From a virus, in IMG/VR virus record IMGVR_UViG_3300042397_000787: DNA of 64,000 nt; one strand, 5' to 3'. Shown here piece by piece: positions 36,622-45,591 of this stretch (within the stretch, counting starts at the first letter, position 1; each line of letters begins with the position of its first letter). Below the pieces are notes generated by a model, which had not been told where the DNA came from, searched no databases, and saw only the letters and a list, made by a program, of their open reading frames with translations. The position numbers and the translations under genes are program-made.

Positions 36622-37106
36622 TCTTCCGGGCTAATGACGTTACAATTTTTTCTAAAGTATCGATACTGTATCAACTCTTCTCTTAGACCCGATGAACCTT
36701 TAGCATCATGTCTATTAACATTGTTACTGTTAGATACCAGAGTACCCTCATCCATGGGTAAGTAATCACTCAAGTTTTCGAAAGGAATTATCTCAAAGTC
36801 AACATAGCGTGGAATATTGATAAGATATGGCTGTCTGTGAACCCATATCCAAAAGTCTTTATCCATACCGTTGTGAGGTTCATGATGGATAAACCAACCC
36901 GTTGTCTCGAACACCTCAGCAGACTTCCATCTGTCTATAGGGTTTCGTAGCACAAGAACTCTTCTCGTAGTAGAATTTATCCACTCGTTCCATCGGTCAT
37001 GCATACCCCTTGGCACCTCTTCGAAGCCAAAGTATTTGCGCATCGATGTATGTCCACATCTAGTGTTAGACAATACATGGACATTACCGTTGTCGTGTAT
37101 GAACAT
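36600..37106 (-). CDS. Sulfotransferase-like protein
   Basis: TRCGHTS (5'-PSB-like) and VLRNPIDRWKS (3'-PB-like) motifs. Confidence 0.55.
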   Translation of the reverse strand: MFIHDNGNVHVLSNTRCGHTSMRKYFGFEEVPRGMHDRWNEWINSTTRRVLVLRNPIDRWKSAEVFETTGWFIHHEPHNGMDKDFWIWVHRQPYLINIPRYVDFEIIPFENLSDYLPMDEGTLVSNSNNVNRHDAKGSSGLREELIQYRYFRKNCNVISPEEWKELTP

Positions 37107-37289
37107 TCAGGTAGCTGCCTCGGTGCTCCGCTGTAGTATAGTAGCATTAACTAGCTTCCACACAATCTGTTCAATGATATTGGCTTCTTCGTCCATATCC
37201 ATATCATAGAGAGCCATCTGTAGGTCACCTACGCGGCCATCTACGAGGTCATCGAAATACGGGGCATCTTGTTCTAGTAGTATATTCAT
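37107..37289 (-). CDS. Hypothetical protein
   Basis: GAGGAG RBS, 60 aa. Confidence 0.6.
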   Translation of the reverse strand: MNILLEQDAPYFDDLVDGRVGDLQMALYDMDMDEEANIIEQIVWKLVNATILQRSTEAAT

Positions 37290-37521
37290 TTACTTACTCT
37301 CCTCGACTTTATTTAGGGGTTTTTGGTGGCGCGAAAAATTCTGGTGGAGGCCATCAGCTTTTTCCTTGGTGCCAGGTGAACGACCTTAAAGCAAGCCGCG
37401 TCTAAAGTCTTGGCACCTAGCCCGGGCCCACCAGATTTCACTATGGCTTACCTGGCTCTAAGTCTGTGCAACCGCACCTTACTACAACCGTATCTTACTA
37501 CAGGTTACCGGGTTCGCCCGC

Positions 37522-37746
37522 TCACTTCATGGCCCGACGGAGCCTTGCCATATCTTTATCCATAAAGTCACCATCGGCTGACCACTGCCTAAACGCTACA
37601 CATTCGAGCATCTTAGCACCACAGTCTTCCATCATCGGACATCCATCACAGGGTACATCCCGTGCGCTCTCTGGTGTTCCAGTATCAAGCATCGATACCC
37701 GGCTGGGTTCGTGCTGATAATACATATCGAAGCCAATCATATCCAT
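37522..37746 (-). CDS. Hypothetical Cys-containing protein
   Basis: CDGC....C......C; AAGGA RBS. Confidence 0.6.
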   Translation of the reverse strand: MDMIGFDMYYQHEPSRVSMLDTGTPESARDVPCDGCPMMEDCGAKMLECVAFRQWSADGDFMDKDMARLRRAMK

Positions 37747-37764
37747 AATATATTTCCTTTTTTA

Positions 37765-38097
37765 TTAGAGGTAGTATGGTCCAGTCCACTGGATCTTATA
37801 ACCACCGTCTAGGATGTTACCACGTGCTTTGTTCTTAGTAGGTGCATTCCAACCAGCAGCTTTGAGGATATCACCCTTACGGAACCCCTTAGCGCAGTCT
37901 TCTTTCTGAATGAAGCCCCACACGCTGTTCTGTGTCACGATGCGGATATACTTGCGGCCTTCTTCGACGCGGATACCCTCTACAAACTCTTCATACATGC
38001 GGTCATTAATCTCGCTGCGGGCCTTACCACTGCATGTCTGCCATGCGAAGTAGTCGGCGTTGATATCTTGGATTAGCTGTTCAATCTGGTTCTGCAT
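37765..38097 (-). CDS. Conserved phage early protein
   Basis: GRKYIRI..SVWGFI..GDILKAAGWNAP...RGNI..WTGP; downstream of a promoter cassette. Confidence 0.75.
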   Translation of the reverse strand: MQNQIEQLIQDINADYFAWQTCSGKARSEINDRMYEEFVEGIRVEEGRKYIRIVTQNSVWGFIQKEDCAKGFRKGDILKAAGWNAPTKNKARGNILDGGYKIQWTGPYYL

Positions 38098-38156
38098 GAT
38101 GATTCTCTTTCTTTTCTCTTACTATACCAATATACACGATTCGCAGGGAATGTCAA
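38098..38156 (-). promoter_or_regulatory. Early promoter cassette
   Basis: TTGACA-TTCCCTGC-GAATC-GTG-TATATT...GAGAATC. Confidence 0.8.
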
Positions 38157-38359
38157 GCGGTATTTTGAAGAATTCTATTGCGCTTTGTGAGGCTATAACC
38201 ATCTTCGTACCATGGTGCATCGTCTGGTGTGATGAGTTCGGTATAACGAATGCCCGCTTGGACACGCATGTAATTCCAGAACTTACGAGCATCTTCGAAG
38301 TTATCGAACAGCTTGTCCTTAAGGGAATAGTTGTAATAGCGATATTGGACCTTATACAT
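38153..38359 (-). CDS. Hypothetical early protein
   Basis: Preceded by the GAGAAAGTGATTCGTT leader. Confidence 0.65.
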   Translation of the reverse strand: MYKVQYRYYNYSLKDKLFDNFEDARKFWNYMRVQAGIRYTELITPDDAPWYEDGYSLTKRNRILQNTA

Positions 38360-38418
38360 AACGAATCACTTTCTCTCTGACTTCTATTTCACTATAGCAG
38401 AACCAGTAGTAATGTCAA
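38360..38418 (-). promoter_or_regulatory. Early promoter cassette
   Basis: TTGACA...GCTATA...GTCAGAGAGAAAGTGATTCGTT-ATG. Confidence 0.8.
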
Positions 38419-38520
38419 CCATTCATTTCAGCTAACCAAGTGATTGATTCATTAGAGTTATTCTTTAGTCGCTACACTCCTTTATAACACATGGCAAGTG
38501 ATTCGTCAAGAGAAAAACAT

Positions 38521-38552
38521 AAAAAAGGTCCCCGAGTCGAAACCCGAGGACC
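38521..38552 (-). terminator. Intrinsic terminator
   Basis: GGTCCTCGGG-TTTCGA-CTCGGGGACC-TTTTTT. Confidence 0.8.
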
Positions 38553-38581
38553 AGTGTGTGACCTAGAGAAAGGAAGTAAAA

Positions 38582-38746
38582 CTAGGTCATGATGAAACGC
38601 TGTGGCATACGCTTGTTGATAAAGCTAGTGGCATATTGCTCAACCGCATGCTTGGAACCCTTTCGGTCCGCTACCCAGGAACCGTTAACGTATAGGTCCA
38701 GCAGGTAGGTACCAGGCTTTATCTTCGTAATGGTATAGTCTCGCAT
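38582..38746 (-). CDS. Hypothetical early protein
   Basis: AGGAG RBS before MRDYTITK. Confidence 0.55.
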   Translation of the reverse strand: MRDYTITKIKPGTYLLDLYVNGSWVADRKGSKHAVEQYATSFINKRMPQRFIMT

Positions 38747-38973
38747 GGTGGTTCTCCTAGTGAGGGTTACCGAACCGTTATGATTCGTATTATCTATAAT
38801 ATAACACAAAGGCACCATGGTGTCAAGTAAAAAATGCGCGGCGGTGCCGAGGAGGAGGGAATTGGCCGAGGATTAAGACCAGGTTATATGGTCGCTAATA
38901 TGCTCTGGTGGCGTGGTCTAGTTCATGGACACTGGAATCTGAATATTATACTAATAGTTAGTGGGATTTACTA

Positions 38974-39013
38974 ACCCCAGTTCAACCCAGTGTAACCCAG
39001 TGTCAACCCCAGT
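38974..39013 (+). repeat. Short tandem repeat AACCC(C)AGT x4
   Basis: aaccccagttcaacccagtgtaacccagtgtcaaccccagt. Confidence 0.7.
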
Positions 39014-39206
39014 CTAGTTGTTCTCTCACCACTGGTACAATGACTGTCTTGTCATCTTCTCTTATAGCTTTATGGGTTGCTTCTCTCTCTGTGATATACT
39101 TACCATACTGGTGATTGGTATATCCTAGTTCATTCTCTATAAGATAATTGTTACTCATTACACAAGGATGACCAATATAACGATGATTGCTACTACTAAT
39201 GACCAT
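39003..39206 (-). CDS. Hypothetical protein
   Basis: ORF track; operon orientation. Confidence 0.45.
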   Translation of the reverse strand: MVISSSNHRYIGHPCVMSNNYLIENELGYTNHQYGKYITEREATHKAIREDDKTVIVPVVREQLDWG

Positions 39207-39717
39207 TCTACTGGTCCATAGTCTTTGATGATTTCTTTAATAAATTTAATCAAAATTGATACTCCACCCAATAGTGTGCTGTTTTACCACTGGACCATGT
39301 TACCTTACTACCTCTATATCTCTTATATGGAATAAGAGGTGTTTCGGTTGGTAGTGGTAGTTTCTTCCATTCTTTCTCTGTCATACTGTTATCTCTCTAT
39401 ACAAAAATAATGAAAAATTGTTCATTTCGGCCGTGTGGTGATCATATAATTGGTACACTAATAGAGGTCTTTTGCCATTGCTCTTCACCATTATCCTCTG
39501 ACAATAGCCTGTTCTCCTGTATCTTCTTTACCACTTTACCGGTTTGTTCGTCATACCAGTATTCTATGATTTCTTCACGGATTTTCTTCATTGTCCTCGG
39601 CCTTCTTCAATGCTTTTGCTGCAATATTGGCACAGGTATATCCGTGTCCATGGCCGTGTGAATGACCGAACTTCTCGATTTCTTTGAGGGCTTGTTCATA
39701 TACCTTCAGCAGTTCGG

Positions 39718-40167
39718 TCATTTGTTGGGTACCTGGGCTAGTAGTTCAAGATAGAATTGATTATACTTGGCCAGACGGGCGATATCCTTTTCGGTAACAC
39801 CCTTGAGGCGACGGATATCGGTGTTGTGGCGAAGGTCTGACATCTTCACTCTCATGGCATCTTCGTTGGCCATTACCTCTTGCTTGTATTGGTCATAGGA
39901 TTGACCTGGCATCTTGGTGAGTGCGGAGACTGCGGCTAGAACACGTTCGGTGCAACCAATGGCGCGTAGGTCGTCCCAGGTGGTATCGGTATCTTCGATA
40001 ACGTCATGAAGCAATGCGATGCACTGGAGTTCTTCGTCTGTTGTCTTGAGGTAATGCATCACCTTCATTGGGTGAAGGATGTATGGGTTACCACCGCGGT
40101 CAAACTGACCTGCATGGGCATTCGTGGCTAGGACGAGGACTTTACCGAGTAGTTCACCTTTTTTCAT
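39718..40167 (-). CDS. HD-domain (p)ppGpp hydrolase-like protein (SpoT-HD/Mesh1)
   Basis: AHAGQ.D..G.PYI.HP, ALLHDVIEDT, VK.SD..HN. Confidence 0.85.
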   Translation of the reverse strand: MKKGELLGKVLVLATNAHAGQFDRGGNPYILHPMKVMHYLKTTDEELQCIALLHDVIEDTDTTWDDLRAIGCTERVLAAVSALTKMPGQSYDQYKQEVMANEDAMRVKMSDLRHNTDIRRLKGVTEKDIARLAKYNQFYLELLAQVPNK

Positions 40168-40222
40168 AATCAAATCTCTTTCTCTATATTATTATAGTAG
40201 ACGATTCGAGACCAAATGTCAA
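40168..40222 (-). promoter_or_regulatory. Early promoter cassette
   Basis: TTGACA-TTTGGTCTC-GAATC-GTC-TACTAT. Confidence 0.75.
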
Positions 40223-40259
40223 GTAAAAAGGTGAGAAACTTTAGTTCGATAGGAGAAAA

Positions 40260-41252
40260 TTATTTTCCATGCATAGTCCCTGAACCTTTAACACCGGAAA
40301 GGGGATCCGATTGGCTGTTATATTTCATTCTGTGTTGTGCGAACTTTTTACCTTTATAATAAAAGGAAATTGCTGCGCCAGAACGTTCTGTTTTTAAATT
40401 GATATGTTTAGGATCTGCTAGAATGTGTTCATGGTGTGCAGCAGGATCGATGGCATGTGTGGAGTGATTGCCATATGTGGTATGACGTATATGGTTGTGT
40501 CCTGCTTGCTGAAGTGGGGTGGCATGTGCATGAAGAACATGATTTCGAATATGAGTTACCAAGTCTTCATGAGTACCTGAAGTTAAGTGTTTATGCATAT
40601 GTTCTGCAATGCTGTGCAATACATGGGCATTTTGTCGCTTGATTTCCGCATGTGCTTCCGGATTAGCCTTTGCCCACTCTTTACGACTGGCCGCATTTGT
40701 TAGGTTCTTTAGTTCTGGATGTTGTTTTTTGATATTCTCACGGTGTGCAGCCAAAATCTTTTCGCCGCCATGAGTTGATTCCATACCTGGATTAGATACA
40801 GGAACGTGACCGGTGTTACTGTCCGTCACTTTTAGACTTATACCGTGATGTTTTCCATGTTTGTCTGATACCATGACATCAGAGGCGTCTTGCTTTTGAG
40901 TAGAATGAATACCAGTTGATCTATGAATGTCGCCCGGCTTCGAGGTCCAATGAACATGCTTTATTGGATGACCAATTCGCTTTTTAATATCATCAGCCGC
41001 AGCCTTTGCTCTATCATTAATTTTTTTATAGTTCTCGTGGGACATTGTAGACTTTAACTGGTCATGAGCTTCTTTAGGTGAATGTCCGTTTACATCATGG
41101 TGTTTTTCCATGTGGTTGCCGCCATTTAGATGATAGCCAGTTAATAGTTCATGCATAACACCTTTAGTGTTTGCACTAACAGTATTATGGGTCTCTGTGG
41201 CTTCTGATAGATAAAACCAATGTAAATCATTCCACTGGGCAAACGATATCAT
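40260..41252 (-). CDS. His-rich protein, probable head-internal protein; possible PD-(D/E)XK fold
   Basis: N-terminal MISF...YLSE capsid-targeting-like leader; ASDVMV...GISLK. Confidence 0.55.
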   Translation of the reverse strand: MISFAQWNDLHWFYLSEATETHNTVSANTKGVMHELLTGYHLNGGNHMEKHHDVNGHSPKEAHDQLKSTMSHENYKKINDRAKAAADDIKKRIGHPIKHVHWTSKPGDIHRSTGIHSTQKQDASDVMVSDKHGKHHGISLKVTDSNTGHVPVSNPGMESTHGGEKILAAHRENIKKQHPELKNLTNAASRKEWAKANPEAHAEIKRQNAHVLHSIAEHMHKHLTSGTHEDLVTHIRNHVLHAHATPLQQAGHNHIRHTTYGNHSTHAIDPAAHHEHILADPKHINLKTERSGAAISFYYKGKKFAQHRMKYNSQSDPLSGVKGSGTMHGK

Positions 41253-41543
41253 ATTATTCTCCTTGAATACTTATATTTATTCAAGCGAAATTCTTACGCC
41301 GAACCACCATAAATCTACACGAAAGAACCAGCGCCCGTTGTGCTTACCGAAGCCTATACGGAGCATACGGTTGTCGGCGTCAAGAGACAGGCGTGAAAAG
41401 GTCATCTAATGCTATCTTCTTGAGGTTGTTGCTTTTCATATCACGAAGAATACTCGCCGCTGGTCCAGCACCGGGCCCGGGCCACTCTCGTTCAAGCCTC
41501 TGCGCACACTCCTCAATAACGGCATCCCTGGCTTCCTTATCCA

Positions 41544-41960
41544 TTAGATTCCTGAGAATGTTACCAGTTGTTTATACCCACGCCACGAAGGGTGCACACC
41601 ATCTGGCTGCACGAATTTGGTACCGATGATGGTATCACCATAACTCTTAGCAATCTCCGTGACGGTCTTGTTCACACCGGGCTTGCAGAATTTGGCATTG
41701 CAAGGAGGCATAATCCAGACGACCTTCAGAGACTTGATACGGTACCGCACCTTGGACAGTTCTTTATAGGTGTTCACACCCTTGTGGTCATTGGTACCGA
41801 GACTGATCACTACGGTCTTAGCCGCTAGTGGTGTGGTACCCCACCGCTTGTTCCATTGCCAGGTGTTGAAGCCACCCTTGGCATAGGACACGCACTCGGT
41901 AGGTGCGAACATCTTGGTACCTACAGCGATGGAGTCACCTATAATCAAACATTCAAGCAT
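41544..41960 (-). CDS. Small SGNH/GDSL hydrolase
   Basis: IIGDSIAVG, ISLGTND, DGVHP. Confidence 0.8.
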   Translation of the reverse strand: MLECLIIGDSIAVGTKMFAPTECVSYAKGGFNTWQWNKRWGTTPLAAKTVVISLGTNDHKGVNTYKELSKVRYRIKSLKVVWIMPPCNAKFCKPGVNKTVTEIAKSYGDTIIGTKFVQPDGVHPSWRGYKQLVTFSGI

Positions 41961-42135
41961 TTTGTAGCCTTTCTAGTTCCATAATTGTTCTTTGTAATGA
42001 CTGCAATTCAGCACCCATATCCATTACACCATGTGCGTCACGGTTCTGTAGGAATACCTCAGCCATGTCCCAGCACTTCTCCTCACGCCAGCGAAGATTG
42101 GCAATCGCTTCTTGTTCTTTGGTTCTCATTGTCAT
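41953..42135 (-). CDS. Hypothetical protein
   Basis: Overlap-coupled ORF. Confidence 0.55.
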   Translation of the reverse strand: MTMRTKEQEAIANLRWREEKCWDMAEVFLQNRDAHGVMDMGAELQSLQRTIMELERLQNA

Positions 42136-43103
42136 TGTCCTAATGTTACATATGAATTAGTGGCATCAAGATATGTATAGACAACGGAAAAATCATTTAC
42201 CAGCATGGAGCCGTTACCTGCTTGCACTTCCACACCCAATTCTACACCCTTCACGTACCATTCAGGCCTAATGTCAAGATCATCATCCAATACGTCAAAT
42301 ACCTTAACCCAGTCAATTGTTCCCATGGTGATTTTTGTCTTGTTGTCCTCAGGTGTGATGATTACCATCTTCTGTCCTTCTGGATTGGTAGAGACTAGAA
42401 TATCATACAGCACACCGTTCATGGTAATCTGGTGATTATGCGACCCTGGTTGTGTACCGAAATAGTTCACGGGATCTGACCAGTATAGAATATGGTCACT
42501 AGGATGGATATTGAACGTGATTTCCGCTGCAATCTTACCAGTATCATCGAACAAAAACAGGTCCGACATGAGGTTCATATATTTCAGGTCACCCGATAGC
42601 ATAACATCAAAGGTTTCTGAAAATTTGGTAATATTCTTGACCTGTGATAGGGCATTTTCGGTATTATATCCCGTGAGACCTAGGGTGGTCTTACCAAAGG
42701 CTACCGATGGGTAGCCGTATACCACAGCACCGTTACCATATGGTTGGTCAGGATAGTCCCAAGTAAATAGAGTACCGTCTGGCATCGTTAGCTTGTTATA
42801 GGTAACAGTCTGGGTATAGTCCTTACCATATACCATACCGAACTTGTCTGCACCCCAATTGTTATTCACTGCGATATACATGCCACTCTGGTAATAATCT
42901 ACCCCATTCTGGCGCACCGATAGATTGGTGACCAGTTTCCCGGTGTTGTCAACGACGGCAGGTGTTGCAACCGCAGCGGGTGATATGGGTGCAAATGCTG
43001 GAACTTGTATGATGGCTGGCGCTTGACTATCGCTGCCTCCACCACACGCTGCCAGTCCTAAGACCATAGCACCCAGTGCAATCCCATTCAAAGCGTTACG
43101 CAT
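42132..43103 (-). CDS. Lipoprotein with GH12-like glycoside hydrolase domain
   Basis: Lipobox LAAC; NNNWG, YGYPS, D.F...AE, GVE...G.G....DFSV. Confidence 0.65.
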   Translation of the reverse strand: MRNALNGIALGAMVLGLAACGGGSDSQAPAIIQVPAFAPISPAAVATPAVVDNTGKLVTNLSVRQNGVDYYQSGMYIAVNNNWGADKFGMVYGKDYTQTVTYNKLTMPDGTLFTWDYPDQPYGNGAVVYGYPSVAFGKTTLGLTGYNTENALSQVKNITKFSETFDVMLSGDLKYMNLMSDLFLFDDTGKIAAEITFNIHPSDHILYWSDPVNYFGTQPGSHNHQITMNGVLYDILVSTNPEGQKMVIITPEDNKTKITMGTIDWVKVFDVLDDDLDIRPEWYVKGVELGVEVQAGNGSMLVNDFSVVYTYLDATNSYVTLGQ

Positions 43104-43105
43104 GG

Positions 43106-43546
43106 TCAGGCCTCGTCCCAATCCTCATACATCTCGGTAATACCCCATTGCTCGTTCAAATCATCTGGGATATTGGACAGGTCATCGGGGTCGATATCAA
43201 ACGACACCTCTTCGCCGTTGACATATTGACCAACGAAGGATGACTCGAAGTATTGGCCGTTGACGGTGAATCCCTGTTCCATGAGTTCATCATAGAAGGC
43301 ACAAGGTGGTGACCATGCGGTCTCAAATCCTACACAAACTGCCTCTGGCATCAAACGGTCGATGACCTCACCATTGGAGATATCCCACTTGGTACCCCAA
43401 GATTCGACGGCATCATCCCAGCTCCATTCAGCCAGAGGCACAAACGTCTGAAACAGATTGCCATCACGGACAGCCTGCTCAAACTTGTCAATCATTGCGG
43501 GATCCGCATGTTCTACGGTAACAGTATTTGAACACCAATTAGGCAT
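43106..43546 (-). CDS. DUF1281/YubB-like protein
   Basis: MPNWCSN, WGTKWD, FETAWSPP. Confidence 0.75.
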   Translation of the reverse strand: MPNWCSNTVTVEHADPAMIDKFEQAVRDGNLFQTFVPLAEWSWDDAVESWGTKWDISNGEVIDRLMPEAVCVGFETAWSPPCAFYDELMEQGFTVNGQYFESSFVGQYVNGEEVSFDIDPDDLSNIPDDLNEQWGITEMYEDWDEA

Positions 43547-43815
43547 TATATATCTCCATCTAAATCAATTTTTACACGTTCAACAGGTTCCCATATTGTG
43601 TTATCAGCAATCTGTCCATACTCATCATAGGTCCACATACGATATTGGAGTTCCACCTTGACAATGCGCTCAATCCCGCTGTTATCTGTTTTGGTATACT
43701 CTACCACACGTATCTCCATCTTCTCAGGAAGAGGAATATTCATTGACGGTAGAGATACCGGAGGAGAGGGCGCAATCGTCCTTACCCGTGGTGTTCTTAG
43801 CATGTTACCATTCAT
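43546..43815 (-). CDS. Hypothetical protein
   Basis: Coupled ORF. Confidence 0.55.
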   Translation of the reverse strand: MNGNMLRTPRVRTIAPSPPVSLPSMNIPLPEKMEIRVVEYTKTDNSGIERIVKVELQYRMWTYDEYGQIADNTIWEPVERVKIDLDGDI

Positions 43816-44012
43816 GCTGCTTTGTTCCAGTTGGCCATGCGGGCGCGCTCACCAATCTCTTTCCGCACTTCTGGGAAACGTGCCATCATGGACAGAAGGG
43901 TGGATTCATAGTATCCTGCTTTATAGGACATAAAAGACTCGGCGGACACATTGGCACCCTCGATAAGAGCCGAGAGTAATTCGGCATCGGTCATTTCAGT
44001 AACATCATTCAT
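43812..44012 (-). CDS. Hypothetical protein
   Basis: GAGGAG RBS before MNDVTE. Confidence 0.6.
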   Translation of the reverse strand: MNDVTEMTDAELLSALIEGANVSAESFMSYKAGYYESTLLSMMARFPEVRKEIGERARMANWNKAA

Positions 44013-44023
44013 AATAAAACTCC

Positions 44024-44194
44024 TCAATCAAAAAAATTACCAAGAGCCCAACGGTAGTTGAGTATCGAACCATTTGCCATCCAGGCACCCTGTGGCAGGC
44101 TACCGAACGTCTTGTTGGCTTTTTCCATTGCTTCACCCATACGGGCGGCTTCAACGACAATCTTCTTACCGTTTGCTTCAAATTGATATTTCAT
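44024..44194 (-). CDS. Hypothetical early protein (56 aa; not in ORF track)
   Basis: MKYQFEANGKK...; directly after the cassette leader. Confidence 0.65.
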   Translation of the reverse strand: MKYQFEANGKKIVVEAARMGEAMEKANKTFGSLPQGAWMANGSILNYRWALGNFFD

Positions 44195-44256
44195 AACGAA
44201 TCACTTTCTTTTCACTGACTACTATCTAACAATAGCAGGATTTACCAGAATGTCAA
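44195..44256 (-). promoter_or_regulatory. Early promoter cassette
   Basis: TTGACA...GCTATT...GTAGTCAGTGAAAAGAAAGTGATTCGTT-ATG. Confidence 0.8.
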
Positions 44257-44264
44257 CCCCTAAA

Positions 44265-44501
44265 TTAATAGAGGTTGCGAATATCTTCTATGTTGAAGAG
44301 GGCCTGACGAACGGCAATCTTAGCAATCGAAAACTGGTGCGTAGGAGCATCACTCGCTTTTGGGTAATATTCCATCAGAACGTTGTTTACGCAAGCGTTG
44401 ATGTCACTGGAACCAATCTCTTCGGCGTCATCAAACATCCACAGGACATGCTCGGCTACAACACGGTCAAACTTCTCAACGTTTTCTAAAATATCAATCA
44501 T
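44265..44501 (-). CDS. Hypothetical early protein
   Basis: Follows the cassette leader. Confidence 0.65.
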   Translation of the reverse strand: MIDILENVEKFDRVVAEHVLWMFDDAEEIGSSDINACVNNVLMEYYPKASDAPTHQFSIAKIAVRQALFNIEDIRNLY

Positions 44502-44563
44502 AACGAATCACTTTCTCTCTTCTGACTACTATCTAACTATAGCAGATTCTGCGGTAATGTCAA
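44502..44563 (-). promoter_or_regulatory. Early promoter cassette
   Basis: TTGACA-TTACCGCA-GAATC-TGC-TATAGT...GAAAGTGATTCGTT-ATG. Confidence 0.85.
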
Positions 44564-44570
44564 GCAATCA

Positions 44571-44777
44571 TTACACCACAGCAGGAAAGGCTTTCGCAGC
44601 AAGGGCAGCATCAGCCACTGGCATCGCCAGCACGGCTTCGTTGGCATAGAGCCGCATCAAACCATCGGGCTTCAAGAGCCATACTGCTTTCTGAGGCTCT
44701 GGGTTGTTGTACCAGACCCGAACAGGGACATCATCAAGAACGACAACTAGGTTAAGGGCAGGCTGGGCAACTATCAT
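44571..44777 (-). CDS. Hypothetical early protein
   Basis: Follows the cassette leader. Confidence 0.65.
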   Translation of the reverse strand: MIVAQPALNLVVVLDDVPVRVWYNNPEPQKAVWLLKPDGLMRLYANEAVLAMPVADAALAAKAFPAVV

Positions 44778-44839
44778 TTCGAATCACTTTCTCTCACTGA
44801 CTACATTATTAAATATAGCAGATTCGCAAGGAAAGTCAA
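44778..44839 (-). promoter_or_regulatory. Early promoter cassette
   Basis: TTGACT-TTCCTTGC-GAATC-TGC-TATATT...GAAAGTGATTCGAA-ATG. Confidence 0.85.
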
Positions 44840-44847
44840 GCGGTATT

Positions 44848-45591
44848 TTACCTCTGAGGTATTTCCGCTAAGATTTCTTCATACATACCATTTACATCGG
44901 CCTCAGGTAGAAGCTCCAGTGACGCTTCGATTTGGCGAATGACAAATGCGTCCACTTCCTTCTGGGTCATGCCATCATAGATATCACCTGCAATGGCAGT
45001 AATCTTCATTTCTTGTGTAATCTCTGACATAAAAATATTCCTGTATTGTTCTACCACATCACTCCATGTGATAGGGTTATTCGAATCATATGATGAGTCC
45101 ACTGGGCGTAAAGACATTACCCACCGCTCGGTGTCACCCACCTTTATACCGTGATATGTGGTGGTGTCCATGAGTAGCGGCCTATCGCTTGGGCATACTA
45201 CGCAATCAACCTCTACCACCTCGCGGTCTGGGTATTGGGTGACCGCTGGTGTGCCATCCGCGTTCTCATACCACATAAGCCGCGAGGACTCGCAGCCTTG
45301 TAACGTATAGTTGATTGCATAGATATACCCACGGTCTGGTGGGAAGTAGTCCTTATGCACAGGAGGCATCAATTCCTGGCTACGTGGCTCTCGCACAAAC
45401 ACAAACGAGGTGCTTGTCATAGGCACAGGAAACTTGGCTAGCCACTCCTCATTGAATACATCCGCATTATTGATAATGAATAGTCTGTAGCCATTGGTGT
45501 CCACAAATGGTTGTAGGGACTGGCAATGCGCAATAGGATCTACCTTGTATGCACCGTCCAGTGGTATATCAAGAACGTGGCTATGCTTCAT
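44848..45591 (-). CDS. Hypothetical protein, possible cupin/2OG-Fe(II)-like fold
   Basis: HKD...AINY...YHGI...RWVMSLR pattern. Confidence 0.45.
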   Translation of the reverse strand: MKHSHVLDIPLDGAYKVDPIAHCQSLQPFVDTNGYRLFIINNADVFNEEWLAKFPVPMTSTSFVFVREPRSQELMPPVHKDYFPPDRGYIYAINYTLQGCESSRLMWYENADGTPAVTQYPDREVVEVDCVVCPSDRPLLMDTTTYHGIKVGDTERWVMSLRPVDSSYDSNNPITWSDVVEQYRNIFMSEITQEMKITAIAGDIYDGMTQKEVDAFVIRQIEASLELLPEADVNGMYEEILAEIPQR

